Source of the DNA: a virus
Virus record (IMG/VR): IMGVR_UViG_3300020477_001611
Location: 1 to 64,000 of that record
DNA: 64,000 bases
Reading direction: 5' to 3' (one strand)
The position numbers and the translations under genes are program-made. The number at the start of each line of letters is the position of its first letter. The stretch's first letter is position 1. This document shows, piece by piece, positions 53,901-63,672 of this stretch. The notes below the pieces were generated by a model that worked only from the letters and a program-made list of their open reading frames with translations, had not been told where the DNA came from and did not search any database.

Positions 53901-56900
53901 AACGCCAGTCTTATGGCTGTCGGCTCTCCATAATAGTCTTTCAATTCCTGTAAGTAAGTTAATTTACTAGTAGTCGCATATCTTTCTATAGAATCTCTCC
54001 TAGATTCTGTATCTCCCGCAGGAGCACCGACGCCGCCATGGCCAGTAAAGCCGCTACCGGTCAGGGCGTATTCATATATATTGTTAACATAATTGCCGCC
54101 ATGAGAAATATGCACTTCCCTAACAAAATTAGAAATTGTAAATTCGGGCATGAGGGAATAATCTTGCCCAATTAACTTTGCATCTTTTGAAAAATCATCG
54201 TAAGAGGTAAAAAAGGCACCAGTGCCAGCCTGAGCCTGTACCACATTCTTAGCGCGGCTTGTATCTAGTGTGAATGCATATCGAGAGTTTATTTCGCCGG
54301 CGACGATGGCGCCTTGGCCAGTAGAGCCTGTATTTCTCATTATGACGCCCGATTCTTCATGATCTGCTGCGGCGCCGGTCGTAGAAACATCCATAGGCCA
54401 GCCGCTGGCCGTTATATTGGTGCCAGCGATATCAGCAAGAACATTATCTTCGCGTATTGCGAGAAGATCGCTCTTCCAAAAAGAAACGTATTGTTCTCTT
54501 TCGCGTATTAAATTGCGGAAAACATTTTCATCCTTTGGAAATAGAACCTCAGAGTATAAAATGTTCTTCCACTTGCCGCTTAATTTATAAAAATCTGAAT
54601 TTTGTAAATCTCTTGTAGGAGCGTTTAAATCAAAATTCTTATTTTCTATTGCATTCTTTTCCTTGCTGTAGTCCCGAGCGAAATAATGATATTCGTTGCC
54701 AAAAGCATATTCTATGGTGCCCGTCACATCATCGATAGCCTGAATTACCTTTTTATGTTTAATTGTAACGGGCGATTGCACTAAATCAGTGCGACTGTCA
54801 ATTAGCTTATTTCGATTATCATCAAGCACTTTTCTCACATTTTGATAAAGACTGTATTTCCTTAAATCATTTGCCGCTTTTGTTTGACGCACCCGAAGTT
54901 GTTTCCAAGTCGGCCAACCATATGGACCATTATTGTTTAACAAAAAGGTATTGGTGGAAATAGCCTGATATTGCTGTGCGTGAGTTTCTCCAAGCGTATA
55001 AATATTAAAGTACGATGAGGTGGTGGAGGCAGTTGTAAATATATTACTAGCTGTATCAAAAGTGCCTAAAACTATAGTATTATCTCCAACAAAAGAAACT
55101 CCTTGCGTATTGCCGCCATAAGTAGCAGCCTTTGCGCCCGGGACGGGGTACCATGAGAAGTGGCCGCCGCTGATGAACTGGATGCTAGCTGAATATTCAT
55201 AGCCATAAATTGGTGAATAATCACTTGCAGTAGCATCATTCTCAAACCCGTTTCCGGTTCCATATTCAGGGCCCGAACTTGTCAAAAGGCCCGGAGCGGT
55301 TGTAAGAAGTGCCTCGTTTGGATATCCCCTCTTTTGAGCAATCCAAGAGTCTGCTATCCAACGATACTGCACATCCGACTTGGGAATGCCGTGGCCCACA
55401 TAGGCGTTGTCGTATACTGTCTTGGGAGATTCCAACGATGAGGATATCTGATAGCCCACGTTTCGCTGATTCTTTTGATAAGAGCCGCTTGGGGCCAACA
55501 AGACCGAATCGTAGCCGCCACTAAGAGCGTGCCTTGTTAGCAGTGTCTGCAGCGCATTTCTCACTACCAAGTTTCTGTAAGGAAGGGCATTGTAGACAGA
55601 ATACTCTGCACTTTCCACATCAAGGGCGTTTTCTGCAGAAGTTTCGGGGCCGCCGGGTGCGGAGAACCTATTAACAATAATGCTATCAGTGCTGCCCGTT
55701 AAATCGCGGCGCAAGGCTGCTCGATCATCGAAAGTTATATTGGTTACAGTTTCTATTGCGTCGTTAGTAACGCCGCTGCCGGTGGTACCCAGAGAGAGAA
55801 TATAATATCTATTATTTTCGCGGCGCCCAGATGTTTGTACGATCTCGTAATTGTAATTATAGTTATTATAATTTATTCCAATTGAATTCGAAACTTTAAT
55901 GTTTGCTATGTTTACTGGGCTTTTGGCGCCTGCCGCTCTTAAAAGAGTTCCCACTGGGCGGTCTTTATCATATTCACCGTCAACTATTCTTGGATTCCTA
56001 AGCTCAAAGCCATCTGTTGCATGGTCGGCAAAGTTTAATTGATAGCCCTCTTTGCGAACTCTGGCGTCTCCAGACGAAGAATAGTTTAAAAGATTTCCAT
56101 GTCTATATTGATAGCCGCCGACCTGTTCTTCGGTGTAAGTTCCTTGCATTGGCACTTCTTTATCAAAATGATAAGAGTCAACATGGGCGTTAACAAGGTC
56201 GGCATTATTCCCCAAAGTCGTTGCCAATATTTGTTGATAAGCCGAGGGTGTCTCGCCCGATGCACTCAAAATGGTGAATGGCAAATAAGAGTAAGGTGGA
56301 AGTTGTGTTGAATCTTCGTTTGTTGAAACTGAAATTGGGAAACGGCGCCGCCCATTAGAAGTTTCATCGCGTGAACCAGAATAAGTATAATACGGCGTAT
56401 TATTAATGTTTTTAACCGCATTCGACAGGCCGGCACGAGATAGGATGGAAATTCCATCTGTTGCCGCCCTTTCAGAAAAAGTCCCTAAATAATAATTTGG
56501 TCGCGATTCATTGTTTAAATTCACGCCTGCGTGGAGAGATCGGTATGCAGCCATATCAAAATTGCTATAAGGCGTTGCGCTACGAGAGTAAACCATGGCT
56601 GCATTATTTTGTAAAGCATAGCGGCTGTGGTTAGCTGGTGCACTTACATTTAAAATACCCGTTGAATCGCGGCGGGCGCTGAAGCGCCACCAGATACGAC
56701 CCTCAGATTGATTTGTGACCACTGGGTCAGTAGGTGCCCTGATCTTACTAACCGTGGGGTAATCCTCTAATCGTGGCTCCCGTTGGTTGGGGGTGAGCCC
56801 CTTAGAACGCTGCATGTCTCTGGGGAATGGAGCATTTCCTGCGAATGAATTCCTAATTGGAATTTGAAGATTGGGATCCGCTCCGCTACCATCCTTTGGT

Positions 56901-59900
56901 GGTGGGGGTGGACTATCATCATCAAATTCGGGATCACCGCCTCCGCTGCCGTCGCCGCCTTGACCGCCTCCGCTCGAAGGTGATCCCTTGACTAAATCCA
57001 AATCTTGCAATTCTTTTATCTTTGTATATTTGTGTCTATATTTATTCCTCTCCAGAATATGATTTTCAATAACGCTGCGAGCCTTATCGGCCGCGTTCGC
57101 AGAGGCGGGTATCAAATTGTTTAAAACGCCGTCTAGGGCTCCATCAATCCATTTATATAAATTGATATACTTTTCAACATCCGGATTGTTACTAATATTT
57201 TGGAAAAATAAATACCGCAACTTTTCCATAGCCTTATAGTTGGGCCGATACATGTTTACCGGTTCGCCAATTAAATTATTAAAATCACTAATCGATGCAA
57301 AAAAGCCCAACATCGCCTTAGAGATCGTATCGTACATACTGGCCTCGACGGCAAAGAAGTATTTATTTGGCCTTGATAGGCGTGTGAAAAGAGTGTCGTC
57401 TCGCGAAAGAACCTTTACCAAGTCTGAAGTATAAAGATTTTCAGGAAGTTGCTGACGGCTGCTATCAATAAACTTAAAATCTACCACATTCGTAGAGGAT
57501 TCACTAAACTCACTTCCTTGGCCGGCATAATTTGGCCCAACAAGATCAGAATAATTGCCTAGGGGATATCGATTAACGGATCCTGTTGAGGAGCCAGAAG
57601 TGACATCTTTAATTAAAAATTTTCCGCTTGAGTCACTGCCCGTAACATTGTCAAAGTTCCAATACAACGCTAGCGTCTCTATTTTTGGAATATAAGTCCC
57701 CGAAAGAAGCCCCTCGTAAACAAAAGTATTCCTTTCGGGGTACAAACGCCCATATGAACTTACGTCCATAGCGTGCTTTTGAATCTCTTCGTTGGTTAAA
57801 TAATCATACCACACGCGGGTTGAGACAAGGCGCGTATTTGTTTCATTTTGAAGCGCGCCAGTAATGTTAGTCCGATCCGCCCCAAGATAAATACGCTTAC
57901 TGGAGCCGGTCAAAAATGGCCCTGCAGTGTCCGCTACATTCACAGATGCTGAAACAGAAAACTCATTTATTTTAGTACCCAAGCTATAATTGACGCCATA
58001 AAACTCGTAACTAGCTGTAGGGGAGGAGACTGCCTCAGAAGAAAATGGATATTTTTCTGGTCTTATTCTGAGAGCAAAATTCCACTTCTGATTTTCGTAC
58101 ACATTGTCATAGTAGGATGAAGTGAGGGTTGGAAACTCTCCCTGTGAAGATGTAACATAAAAATAGGTTTTATTATTATTGTTGGTGTGTGCATATACCT
58201 TTAAGCCCGCAGGATCATTAGCAGGAACTGTAGTATCAGTAGAATTTGGAGTGGTGCTTGCACTATGGATACCAAACAAAGAAGAAGTTTTTAATTTTGG
58301 CAAATTCCCATCGGGAAAGTTTACAAATTTTGGAAAAAAGATTTCGGCTTCATAGGTAAAGGGAATATCAGCATCAGAGGCTGCGGGCAGATAACCATTA
58401 TCCCCTGTACTACTAGCTGCCAAAGATGGATCAGGATATTGATAAACCACTGCTTGGCGGCTTGTTGAGCTTTTATAACCGGAAAGATCTATTACTTTAT
58501 GCTTAATTGCGGTATTTTCACGATTTTCTCGTAAATCATATTCTTGATTATCAGCATACATGTTGAGGCGAATCACCTCATCATCCACACCAAAACACCG
58601 GAACAAGTTTCTAAAGGCTTTCTCGGTTCCCTTCGCTTTGTTAATATAGGCTAAATTATTATAAATGTTTTGAAAAATTAAGTTTTTTACTTTGAAAACT
58701 TTTTCTTCATAAAGCCTTTTATCGTCTTTCGACAAGACCTCCTGAATTACCCCAGTGTCTATAAACATGCCGGGAATATCAAAACCAAAAGATTTTAAAT
58801 TTCTATGAGTTTGTGGATTTGGTTTAATTTGAGATCCACTAACATAGGAGGGATCCTTTAAACTGGTAAGGGCCCCGATTTGCCCATACAAAACGTCCAA
58901 ATAGCTTCCCAAGGTCTGGCAGGTTTTTTCAATTAAATAACCATTCGCGGCGTCCTCGTCGCGGGCCCACTGCGGGATTGAATTATAAAGGCTTCCAAAA
59001 TTATTTATATCATAGTCGGAACCAGACACAGTCATGTTGGTTTTATAAGTCACAACATCTGGCTGTGTCGCATAAATAACCGGGTCTCCCTTTTCAGTTG
59101 CGACGCCACTCAATGTAATCGCACTTCCGGTTTGCCTAGAGTACGACGAATTATAGCCAGACCAGACACCGTTGGTTAAGCGACCAGAATAATCTAGAAC
59201 AACAGAATCCACCGAAGACGTAAGCGTTATTCCCTCATTAAATTTATAATAAACACTGAGTTTTAAGGGGTCATCATCATTGACCTTCGATGTGTCGGTA
59301 TTACCACCGCCCCCAATATCAAAGAAGTAGTTACGTCCGATCTGCTGGGCGTTTCGCGCCTCTTTCCAATAACGAAACTCATCAATTGAGCCAGAAAGGC
59401 CGCCATAGCCTGTTAAGCCAAAAGTTCCGGCGAGGCTGTCTCCACAGGCGCCTATCGTTCCAATTAGATTACCACTCATAGCTGTAGGCAACGCAGTTGA
59501 CAAAGTAAAATTTACTTCCGTTTCAAAATTTCCATCAAGATAGGCAACAATCCTCATGTTTGTGGCCGAAGTTTCCTGCATAGTGATGGCGTAGTGATGC
59601 CATGTTGAATCTGCAAAAGTGGTAAGAGAGGGAAGGGTGAGATTGGTATAAAACTTGTTTACCAAGGCCGGATTATACTGAGCGTAGGACAGCCAAAAGG
59701 TGTTGTTGTTTAAGCTATGGCGGATATACAACCCCAACTCGTGGCCCGGGTTGCCGTGGCTTGTTTGACCTCCACTAACATGAAATATCATTTCATCAGT
59801 AGTGCCGCCGGCTCCGACGAGTGGTGGAAAATCATCCTTCTTCATCCAAAACTCGATAGTGCTGCCGCTGGCCCAGTTAGCCTCTAGGCTGCCAACTTGA

Positions 59901-60382
59901 TTTGTAGTCGTATCATAGATGAGATCCTTTGTAAAACCATCAAAATAAACATATTGAGGATCGTTACTTAAACCAAAATTACCATTTGTAGCAACCTTTG
60001 TACCCCATGTCGGCGTGCCAAAGTTGGCATATCCCGTTTTGCGCGGATATTCGTTTTCTAAAACATATTGGCCGATCGGAGTTAAATCATTTTCAAATTT
60101 TAATCTTTCGGCTCGTGAGCCATCATAAGGGTATTGTCCCACAATACGATCGACGGTATCAACGTAGTATCGTTTTGCAGATCCAAATTTGACAAAGTTG
60201 GCAGGGTCGCTGTAATCCAACTCTGGAATAAACTCAAACTTCTTTCTTGTGTATTCTTTGACATAGGCTGCTGACTCAACATCTGTTGTAAAAGACTGCG
60301 CAGAGCCTGATTGTACAGAGCGCAGTTCGGTAGTCGGACTTAATTGTTCGGCCTTGTTTCGTTTAAAAAACTTTTTTGTCAT
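50960..60382 (-). CDS. Giant baseplate wedge/fibre protein (gp7/GpI-like) with LamG domains, 3140 aa
   Basis: LamG motifs TIEFWMK, WHHYAIT, GSIDEFRYW; KAKGTEKAFRNLFRCFG (GpI-like KGT motif); Cys-rich C-terminus. Confidence 0.7.
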   Translation of the reverse strand: MTKKFFKRNKAEQLSPTTELRSVQSGSAQSFTTDVESAAYVKEYTRKKFEFIPELDYSDPANFVKFGSAKRYYVDTVDRIVGQYPYDGSRAERLKFENDLTPIGQYVLENEYPRKTGYANFGTPTWGTKVATNGNFGLSNDPQYVYFDGFTKDLIYDTTTNQVGSLEANWASGSTIEFWMKKDDFPPLVGAGGTTDEMIFHVSGGQTSHGNPGHELGLYIRHSLNNNTFWLSYAQYNPALVNKFYTNLTLPSLTTFADSTWHHYAITMQETSATNMRIVAYLDGNFETEVNFTLSTALPTAMSGNLIGTIGACGDSLAGTFGLTGYGGLSGSIDEFRYWKEARNAQQIGRNYFFDIGGGGNTDTSKVNDDDPLKLSVYYKFNEGITLTSSVDSVVLDYSGRLTNGVWSGYNSSYSRQTGSAITLSGVATEKGDPVIYATQPDVVTYKTNMTVSGSDYDINNFGSLYNSIPQWARDEDAANGYLIEKTCQTLGSYLDVLYGQIGALTSLKDPSYVSGSQIKPNPQTHRNLKSFGFDIPGMFIDTGVIQEVLSKDDKRLYEEKVFKVKNLIFQNIYNNLAYINKAKGTEKAFRNLFRCFGVDDEVIRLNMYADNQEYDLRENRENTAIKHKVIDLSGYKSSTSRQAVVYQYPDPSLAASSTGDNGYLPAASDADIPFTYEAEIFFPKFVNFPDGNLPKLKTSSLFGIHSASTTPNSTDTTVPANDPAGLKVYAHTNNNNKTYFYVTSSQGEFPTLTSSYYDNVYENQKWNFALRIRPEKYPFSSEAVSSPTASYEFYGVNYSLGTKINEFSVSASVNVADTAGPFLTGSSKRIYLGADRTNITGALQNETNTRLVSTRVWYDYLTNEEIQKHAMDVSSYGRLYPERNTFVYEGLLSGTYIPKIETLALYWNFDNVTGSDSSGKFLIKDVTSGSSTGSVNRYPLGNYSDLVGPNYAGQGSEFSESSTNVVDFKFIDSSRQQLPENLYTSDLVKVLSRDDTLFTRLSRPNKYFFAVEASMYDTISKAMLGFFASISDFNNLIGEPVNMYRPNYKAMEKLRYLFFQNISNNPDVEKYINLYKWIDGALDGVLNNLIPASANAADKARSVIENHILERNKYRHKYTKIKELQDLDLVKGSPSSGGGQGGDGSGGGDPEFDDDSPPPPPKDGSGADPNLQIPIRNSFAGNAPFPRDMQRSKGLTPNQREPRLEDYPTVSKIRAPTDPVVTNQSEGRIWWRFSARRDSTGILNVSAPANHSRYALQNNAAMVYSRSATPYSNFDMAAYRSLHAGVNLNNESRPNYYLGTFSERAATDGISILSRAGLSNAVKNINNTPYYTYSGSRDETSNGRRRFPISVSTNEDSTQLPPYSYLPFTILSASGETPSAYQQILATTLGNNADLVNAHVDSYHFDKEVPMQGTYTEEQVGGYQYRHGNLLNYSSSGDARVRKEGYQLNFADHATDGFELRNPRIVDGEYDKDRPVGTLLRAAGAKSPVNIANIKVSNSIGINYNNYNYNYEIVQTSGRRENNRYYILSLGTTGSGVTNDAIETVTNITFDDRAALRRDLTGSTDSIIVNRFSAPGGPETSAENALDVESAEYSVYNALPYRNLVVRNALQTLLTRHALSGGYDSVLLAPSGSYQKNQRNVGYQISSSLESPKTVYDNAYVGHGIPKSDVQYRWIADSWIAQKRGYPNEALLTTAPGLLTSSGPEYGTGNGFENDATASDYSPIYGYEYSASIQFISGGHFSWYPVPGAKAATYGGNTQGVSFVGDNTIVLGTFDTASNIFTTASTTSSYFNIYTLGETHAQQYQAISTNTFLLNNNGPYGWPTWKQLRVRQTKAANDLRKYSLYQNVRKVLDDNRNKLIDSRTDLVQSPVTIKHKKVIQAIDDVTGTIEYAFGNEYHYFARDYSKEKNAIENKNFDLNAPTRDLQNSDFYKLSGKWKNILYSEVLFPKDENVFRNLIREREQYVSFWKSDLLAIREDNVLADIAGTNITASGWPMDVSTTGAAADHEESGVIMRNTGSTGQGAIVAGEINSRYAFTLDTSRAKNVVQAQAGTGAFFTSYDDFSKDAKLIGQDYSLMPEFTISNFVREVHISHGGNYVNNIYEYALTGSGFTGHGGVGAPAGDTESRRDSIERYATTSKLTYLQELKDYYGEPTAIRLAFDVVKQILPKDGFYPQQRTVQLAQIFSQSYANSDYDQGPGNTPSSIPLGNSPTYETSLMPFWAPGIGYNSIKAGLACDFPYKSTIAGRASASIDQEFESRAPFDAILAPHEYVGNIFQICPSSGSYYSAHSPMPIVQDTTGAVNKTDGLYQYAAHNFFAEVPNFFLDGLTTFKSAPESSWTFEGPLSSSAGVKKFAMDVIITKPVSFVQYSNPAAFGPYPYIHHAPPGVMFMAYEGQAAYFDFVAANNCYGCGAPAACIGDVFGGSSFHYSAPAYTRATLEFDPTNLLPSSGKVGQSSFSFSDIIANSTIRNSNSWTELNGAGNNACATAINSNSMVPSSASFMALSASIDMFELDADKRWTIRTKWEAPVLNFFKDGDASTANPVAPTAEPNPHSIGTAGTVCGTRGMWHQFSDVAATELSGTATRLNMKLSKASWSGNSVYPDAINRELTGSLVEACGFASRPEPIGRFKAEQIVEEAICAIPFYVDCETGEETYFEIPFNIFEKSYADVRQDRLTTNSVADMIKKMDKYVVPPIYDFVWKRDQAKRVPTTKEEYGNVNPPFSMYISEFTSTLTQADLSKWWQGVMPSQAVTPETETVIIEHPLVDGELLSPTIFQYNGFRDKKIPKDIRWRIFKIKKRAEYDYYVTQAALTGVPAYRYPIAQRFSYNWPYDYFSLIELGKMEVGFEVRNDAPNRIKDIRGGGYIRPEEVIAKRAALGEPLTISAPTNTAAPTQAICSSPELQELARLQELLSLGIELSPEQGQSFEELVIKCGLPYVPPREEEEPVCKNDDDCPECHTCKTTMSALSSDVTVSCEPNPDAECSSDGALGTCDTDGGYVCKNCKCVLEDSADEMPPSRSDELFTGDLSDLGAFEEEDPFEAGIEDEIIYGCTDSNANNYNEKATVDDGSCVYEEEEPAEEEEDPLASIPPEELYEDRNAAIATSESYTNEGCQGQVHAMGQYWMPCKDHVSWEKAYYG

Positions 60383-61866
60383 TATCCCACCCTAAATGTA
60401 AAGGTCTCGTTAAGTTCTCGGTATCTGGTGCCATACTTATAAAGAAATTTAAGACCATACTTAAAATCAGTCTCCAACATTGACATATCCAAATTAAAAT
60501 AACTGCCGGAAACATCGTAAGACAACTTAGTATACGCTGGCTCTGAAGAGCTTCCAGTTCCGTAATTAATAATTGTTAGGTCATCGACCACTCGATAAAG
60601 CTTATAATACATTTCAGGTATAACGACCGATTTGGCATCTGTTGTCGCCACCGTATAAACGTTAGGGCTCCAATTTTTGTTCCTTGTGTATAATCTAAAA
60701 CGAGCATTTTCTTTTGTAGAATACTCTCGCTTTAAATTAGTAATTTTACAAACATATGCTGGCTCCTCATCGTCGCCGCGGTCGTCAAATCGATTAACCT
60801 CTATTGATCCCGTAAAATATTGTGTATTTCTGTCGCCATCGTCGGCAGGCTGTGAGCCAGTGCTCCACACGTCATAAATTAATGAAGCTGTTGTATTCAT
60901 ATACACCGAAGCGGTATATATTCCTGTTAAATTTTGACCATTTATGTATGCCAAACTTGCAGTAAAAGAAGAGCTAACGCTGCTTGTAAGAGAATTGGCA
61001 TGTAAGGTAACAAACATGTAATCGCTTGTAAGCGTAGGAATGTTTTTTAAAGTGCCGCGAATACGATTATAAAAATATAAAGTATTTAAATTATCAGCAG
61101 CCGAGGCCAGCGAACTACTCGCATAAAAGTCGCCGCGATTGTCTGGACGGGAGTCGTTCCAGCGGGCCTCAATCACTGGCCTCTTGTAAAAATATTGACT
61201 ATTGCGTGCAAAAAATCGCTTAGTATAATAAGACGTGGTGCTGCCCGACAATTCTTGAGAGCCTGTCAAATAGACTCCAAAGCCGTAACTGCTTGTATTA
61301 GTATTAAGCCACTCTTCCATTTGAGCAGTAATATCCATTTCAAGATCTTCTAGTCCCGTACTAAAAGTTTGTTTTGCAGAGGGTGCCAAATCATTTCCAA
61401 GAGACCCCGTTAAAAAGTCGCCACCCTCATTCTTCCAATCGTCTGAAGAAGCAGTGTTTTGTTGCCAATTGCTGGCTCCTAAATCTTTATAGTCCTCCAT
61501 ATCCAGACCGATACCCTCAGTCCACGAACTAGAAATAGCTGACGCAACCAAGGTGAAATCTCGTGGAGTGGTGGTACTGTGTTCAGCATTAAAAAGTCGC
61601 AAATAAAAATTTACATTTCCAGAGGTCGGAAGATCGCCGTTGTCGCGGCTCCCACTAATACTGGCCGTGGTTGTTCCAACAACAGGGAAATCAATTAAAA
61701 TTCTGGCGGCCTCTTGTGAAGATGTTGAACTTTGCGCATAGAGGTTGAAGACTTCTAAAATATCAGAAGCGCCCATATTAGAGCCAGTCCCTCTTGTAGA
61801 CAAGTTGTTGGCATACGCATTAGTAATTGTATTATCTTTTGTGGCATAAAATCTTTTAATAGGCAT
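60382..61866 (-). CDS. Putative baseplate structural protein
   Basis: 494 aa, beta-rich and S/T/G-rich, between the gp6-like and giant genes. Confidence 0.6.
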   Translation of the reverse strand: MPIKRFYATKDNTITNAYANNLSTRGTGSNMGASDILEVFNLYAQSSTSSQEAARILIDFPVVGTTTASISGSRDNGDLPTSGNVNFYLRLFNAEHSTTTPRDFTLVASAISSSWTEGIGLDMEDYKDLGASNWQQNTASSDDWKNEGGDFLTGSLGNDLAPSAKQTFSTGLEDLEMDITAQMEEWLNTNTSSYGFGVYLTGSQELSGSTTSYYTKRFFARNSQYFYKRPVIEARWNDSRPDNRGDFYASSSLASAADNLNTLYFYNRIRGTLKNIPTLTSDYMFVTLHANSLTSSVSSSFTASLAYINGQNLTGIYTASVYMNTTASLIYDVWSTGSQPADDGDRNTQYFTGSIEVNRFDDRGDDEEPAYVCKITNLKREYSTKENARFRLYTRNKNWSPNVYTVATTDAKSVVIPEMYYKLYRVVDDLTIINYGTGSSSEPAYTKLSYDVSGSYFNLDMSMLETDFKYGLKFLYKYGTRYRELNETFTFRVG

Positions 61867-63656
61867 TATTTCACGGCTCCCACTATATCAATGTCTGGAT
61901 ATTTTATTTCCATAACCACGTTCTCTGGTACAATAATAAATCTCCCATCGGCTGTTGTTGCATTATCAATATCAAAATCATAAGTGCTATAATTGGTACC
62001 CGTTTTTTGTACTATTTTAACGGTCTGTGCGTCAACAACATCAGGGATATCGTTTAAAACGCGATAGATATCAGATATATAAAATGGTGCTCCAAATAAT
62101 AATTGCTCAGCAAATTTTTGCTTAAGAGCACTATTGCACTTCTCTAGAATTTCAGTTTGATTTGCATCTAATTTTCCCAATACCGTAAACTCAATACCAA
62201 TGTTGACAATCTGTCCGTCTAAAATATCAATAGTATCATTTATCATCTTATACTGGCTTAGCCAAATTTTGAGATTTTCTTTAATAGTTGAGCTACTTTG
62301 AGCCAACCTTCCATTAACGTCCTCAGACACCACATAAAGGTTAAGGTTCCTCTTAAAAGAATCTTTATCCTGAACAATGTTGGCCCTCTTAACAGCCCCA
62401 AGCTTAGGTGGCATTCGATAAATGATACTTAAATAATCTTGACGTGTGACTGCTCTGTTTTGTGAAGCGTAGGCATCAATAGCCCTTGTACGAATCTCCT
62501 CTGCGGTAAGATCTTTAATATCTCCAACCAAAGGTTCTTCATTTTCCACATCTAAGCTCGCGACAATTGTCTGATAATTATCACTAGATGGCAGATCATC
62601 AGTTGTGAATGAAAGCTCTGGGGTAACTACGGTGTTAATTGCGCCGGCGGCTGTATTAACAGAATCACTGTCATTCCTCCTATAGGTAACGATTAACTGC
62701 CCCTGTGGTGGGACTATTCCAAATTTGTCTGTCTTTAACAAAATTGAAGGATCAAACGAATCGTCAGAATAATAATTTCTGGCATATCGGTTCAAAGCTA
62801 CATCCGTTGGATCAGGGAATTCATTGTCTGTCAAAGTTGACTCCGAGCCATATCCAAATCTTAAAGAGGTGACTCCTTCATCATCGACTTCTACAATAAA
62901 CCGGCGCGGTACCAACTTTTCTCGCAAAATATAGGGGGCATCTTCAGTGTCAGTGCTTGGATTTCTCAAAGCCTGATATACCGTATTTTGTGATAAGTAC
63001 GGAACTTCGCTATATTCATTTCCTTCTGCATCAACCACTGAGATAATCTCTGAAATATTTTCGCCACCCAAATCCAGCTTAAGGAACTTTTTATAACTTC
63101 CGACCGTCAAAATTTCCGTCTCTGTTATTCCCGATATAACATCTCCATAAGCTTTATAGGCGTAAGTCTTGGCGGAACCATCTGAATTCATCTCCGCTAC
63201 AACCTTTTGAACGTCACTTCGGGTAAAGTCAACATCGGATGAAAGAATAAAAGAATTGCCGGCCGATGAGGCAAGTGTGGTGCCCGCTTTCAAAATGGGA
63301 ACTAAATCAGAATCGGGATCGCCAGTTGAGTTGGAGGGAACCTGCACATAAAATGCGCACTTTCCTGTAGCTGTAAAAGCTTGAGGCCTCTTATATCCTA
63401 ATTGTTTTGCCAAAGAAAAAAGGTTTTTCTTTTCAATAGCCGTGTCCAAATAGGTTTCATTGGCCTGATAATCTAAATAAAATGATAGTACATCACCAAC
63501 ATAAGCCACCATATCCATCATCAAGGAACCAAATGATGCTTCGCTAAAATCTTGATAAGTGTCAGGGTAATAAACCTTGGCATAATTAATCAAGTCTGCT
63601 TTGATACTCTCAAAGTCTCGGTTTGTATATTTAACTGGTGTAGTTTTTTTAGCCAT
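61866..63656 (-). CDS. Baseplate wedge protein (T4 gp6 / baseplate J-like)
   Basis: YTNRDFESIK..L, YVGDVLSFYLD, E.YLDTA, AKQLGY, QNRAVTRQDY. Confidence 0.92.
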   Translation of the reverse strand: MAKKTTPVKYTNRDFESIKADLINYAKVYYPDTYQDFSEASFGSLMMDMVAYVGDVLSFYLDYQANETYLDTAIEKKNLFSLAKQLGYKRPQAFTATGKCAFYVQVPSNSTGDPDSDLVPILKAGTTLASSAGNSFILSSDVDFTRSDVQKVVAEMNSDGSAKTYAYKAYGDVISGITETEILTVGSYKKFLKLDLGGENISEIISVVDAEGNEYSEVPYLSQNTVYQALRNPSTDTEDAPYILREKLVPRRFIVEVDDEGVTSLRFGYGSESTLTDNEFPDPTDVALNRYARNYYSDDSFDPSILLKTDKFGIVPPQGQLIVTYRRNDSDSVNTAAGAINTVVTPELSFTTDDLPSSDNYQTIVASLDVENEEPLVGDIKDLTAEEIRTRAIDAYASQNRAVTRQDYLSIIYRMPPKLGAVKRANIVQDKDSFKRNLNLYVVSEDVNGRLAQSSSTIKENLKIWLSQYKMINDTIDILDGQIVNIGIEFTVLGKLDANQTEILEKCNSALKQKFAEQLLFGAPFYISDIYRVLNDIPDVVDAQTVKIVQKTGTNYSTYDFDIDNATTADGRFIIVPENVVMEIKYPDIDIVGAVK

Positions 63657-63672
63657 TTATTCGTCTTCCCTG

